Positions 28,867 through 32,000 of a stretch of 32,000 nucleotides of DNA are shown here, piece after piece (position 1 is the stretch's first letter; the number at the start of each line of letters is the position of its first letter). The position numbers and the translations under genes were made by a program. The stretch is from Pseudoalteromonas tetraodonis (GTDB lineage Bacteria > Pseudomonadota > Gammaproteobacteria > Enterobacterales > Alteromonadaceae): assembly GCF_002310835.1 (NCBI RefSeq), contig NZ_CP011041.1, positions 330,001-362,000 on the forward strand, read 5' to 3'. The notes beneath the pieces are model-generated. The model ran no database searches, was not told the DNA's origin, and saw only the letters and a program-made list of their open reading frames with translations.

Positions 28867-29435
28867 TGACTTGCGCAGTATATTTAGCCTCCGCGTCTCC
28901 CCGTCGTAAAGAGCTTCTAACCCAATTGGGTATTGAATTTTCACAGTTTAGTGTTGATGCCGATGAAAGCCAGTTTGTTAATGAGCGCCCGCATGACTAT
29001 GTAGAGCGTTTAGCGCGTTTAAAGGCGCAAATGGGCGTAGAGCAAGGTTATACTGACCGGCCAGTGCTAGGTAGTGATACTGTGGTGGTGATGGATAACC
29101 AATCATTATGTAAGCCTCGAGATAAAGACGATTTTACTCAAACCTTAAAGCGCTTATCAGGGAACACGCACCAAGTGTTAACTGCCATCGCTTTTGCTAC
29201 ATCAGATAAAGTACTCAGTTGTGTGGTCAGTACAGATGTCACCTTTAAAACGCTCAGTGATGAAGAAATACATGCTTATTGGCAAACGGGCGAGCCTCAA
29301 GATAAAGCCGGTGGTTACGGTATCCAAGGGGTAGGTGGGCGCTTTGTAACGCATATTTCGGGTAGCTATTTTGCCGTTGTCGGCTTACCTTTATATGAGA
29401 CAGAACAATTATTAAATACATTCTTAAGAGGGTAG
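28866..29435 (+). CDS. maf: Maf-like nucleoside-triphosphate pyrophosphatase (YhdE type)
   Basis: LASASPRRKELL, GSDTVV and DKAGGYGIQG motifs are present. The protein is 189 aa and the start overlaps the mreD stop (TAATG). Confidence 0.93.
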   Translation: MTCAVYLASASPRRKELLTQLGIEFSQFSVDADESQFVNERPHDYVERLARLKAQMGVEQGYTDRPVLGSDTVVVMDNQSLCKPRDKDDFTQTLKRLSGNTHQVLTAIAFATSDKVLSCVVSTDVTFKTLSDEEIHAYWQTGEPQDKAGGYGIQGVGGRFVTHISGSYFAVVGLPLYETEQLLNTFLRG

Positions 29436-29436
29436 C

Positions 29437-30909
29437 ATGAGTACAGAACTACTGATCAATGTCACGCCAAGTGAAAGTCGCGTTGCCCTAATCGAAAACG
29501 GTGTATTACAAGAAATTCAGCTAGAACGTATTGGTAACTTAGGTATCGTGGGTAATATTTACTTAGGTAAAATAAGCCGCGTGTTACCAGGTATGCAAGC
29601 CGCTTTTGTTGATATAGGCCTAGAGAAAGCCGCCTTTTTACACGCTTCAGATATCGTTAATAGTGCCTCTATTGTTGAGGGCGTTGACGACGAGCCGATT
29701 AAAAAAGTCCAAGATATTCGAGAACTGGTTCGCCAAGGTCAGTACATTATGGTGCAAGTGGTTAAAGACCCTTTGGGTAGCAAAGGGGCACGTTTAACCA
29801 CTGATATCACGATACCTTCACGGTATTTAGTGTTTATGCCTGATGCGACACATGTTGGGGTGAGTCAGCGTATCGAAACGGAAGAAGAGCGTGCAAGGCT
29901 GAAAAAAATTGTAGCCGAATACGGCGATGAAAACGGTAGTTTTATTGTCAGAACAGCTGCTGAAGGCGCAAGTGAAGCGGAGCTGAGACACGATGCAGCT
30001 TTTTTAAAAAAGCTCTGGGATAAAATTGTCTCTAGACGCAGAAAAACAAGCAAAGCCAGTATCTTGCATGAAGATCTTACACTTGCCTTTAGAACGTTAC
30101 GTGATTACGTTGGTGAAGATATGGAGCGCATCCGTGTTGACTCTAAGCTTACCTACCAAGAGCTTAAGCTGTTTACTGAAGAGTTTGTGCCTTTGTTATC
30201 ACAAGTGCTTGAGTATTACCCAGGTGAGCGCCCCATTTTTGATTTATTTGATGTAGAAAGTGAAATTCAAAAAGCACTGCATCGTAAAGTTACTTTAAAA
30301 TCGGGTGGTTATTTGATCATAGATCAAACTGAAGCGATGACCACTGTTGATGTAAATACAGGCGCTTTTGTTGGTCACCGTAACCTTGAAGAAACTATTT
30401 TTAATACCAACGTAGAAGCAACCTCTGCTATTGCTCGTCAACTAAGGCTGCGCAATTTGGGCGGTATTATTATTATCGACTTTATTGATATGGTAAGCGA
30501 TGAGCATAAACGCCGTGTAATGCACTCATTAGAATCTGCACTCGATAAAGATCGTGCCAAATCTAATATCAATGGTTTGTCGGCATTAGGCTTAGTTGAA
30601 ATGACCCGCAAACGTACCCGCGAAAGCCTAGAACATGTATTGTGTGATGTATGCCCAGCATGTTCAGGGCGAGGCTCACAAAAAACAGTTGAGACAGTCT
30701 GCTATGAAATTCTTCGTGAAATAGTACGTGTTAATCGCGCTTACGATGCAGATAAGTTTGTAGTGTATGCTTCGCCTGCAGTTTGTGAAGCGCTATTAAA
30801 TGATGAGTATCATAACCTCGCCGAATTAGAACTATTTATTGGAAAGCAGGTCAATATTCAAACTGAAAGTTTATACAGCCAAGAGCAGTTTGATGTGGTA
30901 ATGATGTAA
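29437..30909 (+). CDS. rng: Ribonuclease G
   Basis: It has an S1 domain (GNIYLGKISRVLPGMQAAFVDIG), the RNase E/G catalytic core (TTVDVNTGAF, GGIIIIDFIDM) and a CPxCxGRG Zn-link motif. It is 490 aa and follows maf. Confidence 0.96.
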   Translation: MSTELLINVTPSESRVALIENGVLQEIQLERIGNLGIVGNIYLGKISRVLPGMQAAFVDIGLEKAAFLHASDIVNSASIVEGVDDEPIKKVQDIRELVRQGQYIMVQVVKDPLGSKGARLTTDITIPSRYLVFMPDATHVGVSQRIETEEERARLKKIVAEYGDENGSFIVRTAAEGASEAELRHDAAFLKKLWDKIVSRRRKTSKASILHEDLTLAFRTLRDYVGEDMERIRVDSKLTYQELKLFTEEFVPLLSQVLEYYPGERPIFDLFDVESEIQKALHRKVTLKSGGYLIIDQTEAMTTVDVNTGAFVGHRNLEETIFNTNVEATSAIARQLRLRNLGGIIIIDFIDMVSDEHKRRVMHSLESALDKDRAKSNINGLSALGLVEMTRKRTRESLEHVLCDVCPACSGRGSQKTVETVCYEILREIVRVNRAYDADKFVVYASPAVCEALLNDEYHNLAELELFIGKQVNIQTESLYSQEQFDVVMM

Positions 30910-32000
30910 TGAAATTTAAAGCGGCCTGTTTTTATTGTGTGCGAAAATTATGGCAAATAAGTGCTGTAATTTTAGTACTACTGGCCGTGATTGTTTCTAT
31001 TTTAAAATACACCTTACCCTACGCGAACGATTATAAAGGAGATATAGAAAGCTACCTTGATGATAAGTTTGATATTAGTTTATCTATAGGTGCTATATCA
31101 GCAAGTTGGCAAGGCAGTGGTCCCGCTTTAGTACTCGAAGAATTATCATTTAAAGACAACCAAACAGCCCCTATCTCTTTAACCATAGCTAAAACCAGTT
31201 TAGAGCTAAACCTTTGGGAAAGTTTAAAGTCGCTGCAGTTTAAATCAAATTACTTTGTGATCAATGGGTTTCATACCAAGGTTAATGTCGCCAATTTATT
31301 TGCTGGTAATCAAGATGAAGTTTCATTTGAGCAAAAAGAATTAATAGAAGGACTGTTTTTAGGCGAAACCGGTCACTTTGCAATAGAAAACTCCAGCATC
31401 AGCTTTGTACTAGAAGATAACAAAGAACGTAAATTGTTATTAGAAAACATTGTATGGCAAAACCAGGATAAACAGCATCTTGGTAGTGGTAGTCTAGCGC
31501 TACCGGGTATTTCTGTGGGTAATTTTGATGCCCGTATTGCGCTCAAAGGTGAAACCTTAGAGCAAATGGTGGGCGATTTATATGTGCAGGCTAATCAGGT
31601 TGATGTGTCAAATTGGTTAGCCCAGTACATTAATACTCAAAAGCAGCAACTACATAGTGATTTAAATTTGCAAGCATGGCTTAGGCTAGAGCAAGGCTTA
31701 GTAAGTGACGTAAAAGTACAGTGGTTACCGAGTGCGGTAAATTGGCAACTCAATGAGCAAACACAAAAAGTCAGCCTAAGTGAAGGGGGATTTCATTTAT
31801 ACCCTGAGCAAAATAGCTGGCGGTTAAAAAGTACCGGCCTAGCGTTTAGTACCAACGAGATAACGTGGCCTAGCCTCGAATTTGAAGCTTTATTAGGCAA
31901 GCAGAATAAAATATGGCTACAACAACTCGATTTAGCCCTATTAAATGATTTAGCAGAATTAACTAATTTTACTGACTTAACCCCTTTCTTAGCTCGCCAA
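30909..32000 (+). CDS. yhdP: YhdP/AsmA2-family large membrane protein, 3'-truncated by the window edge
   Basis: This ORF is absent from the supplied ORF track because it has no stop inside the window. I read the frame manually and it is open from the ATG at 30909, which overlaps the rng stop (TAATG), to nt 32000 (364 codons). The sequence starts MKFKAACFYCVRKLWQISAVILVLLAVIVSILKYTLPY... with an N-terminal TM anchor. The position after rng matches E. coli yhdP. Confidence 0.8.
   Translation, partial: MKFKAACFYCVRKLWQISAVILVLLAVIVSILKYTLPYANDYKGDIESYLDDKFDISLSIGAISASWQGSGPALVLEELSFKDNQTAPISLTIAKTSLELNLWESLKSLQFKSNYFVINGFHTKVNVANLFAGNQDEVSFEQKELIEGLFLGETGHFAIENSSISFVLEDNKERKLLLENIVWQNQDKQHLGSGSLALPGISVGNFDARIALKGETLEQMVGDLYVQANQVDVSNWLAQYINTQKQQLHSDLNLQAWLRLEQGLVSDVKVQWLPSAVNWQLNEQTQKVSLSEGGFHLYPEQNSWRLKSTGLAFSTNEITWPSLEFEALLGKQNKIWLQQLDLALLNDLAELTNFTDLTPFLARQ

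Overview
This window looks like a chromosomal segment of a moderately AT-rich marine gammaproteobacterium. Gene content and order suggest Alteromonadales, possibly Pseudoalteromonas; that assignment is inference only. Most of it is conserved housekeeping synteny in three blocks. (i) pilN(partial)-pilO-pilP-pilQ, then aroK-aroB-damX-dam ... rpe-gph-trpS. (ii) uvrA on the minus strand, divergent from an MFS(YajR-like)-ssb pair. (iii) mreB-mreC-mreD-maf-rng-yhdP(partial), with stop/start-overlapping junctions. Accessory DNA sits between these blocks. (a) Two small minus-strand genes interrupt the normally contiguous dam-rpe junction. (b) A ~3.9 kb insertion lies directly after trpS and is bracketed by two ~90 bp imperfect direct copies of the trpS 3' end. 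It carries a secreted TraB/GumN (Tiki-like) protein, a small secreted protein and a membrane-anchored ToxR/CadC-like regulator with a large periplasmic domain. (c) An uncharacterised polytopic membrane protein is tightly linked downstream of uvrA. (d) Between ssb and mreB there is a degenerate GGDEF-EAL (CsrD/MshH-like) membrane protein, a PLP-dependent D-cysteine desulfhydrase/ACC deaminase-family enzyme, and a secreted coiled-coil-PEGA-FGE-fold protein that lacks the catalytic cysteines of true formylglycine-generating enzymes. I found no rRNA, tRNA, CRISPR array, transposase or integrase. The strongest sequence-level observation is the trpS 3'-end duplication flanking the regulator/TraB cassette. 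All functional calls rest on reading motifs in the translated ORFs, because no database search was possible.
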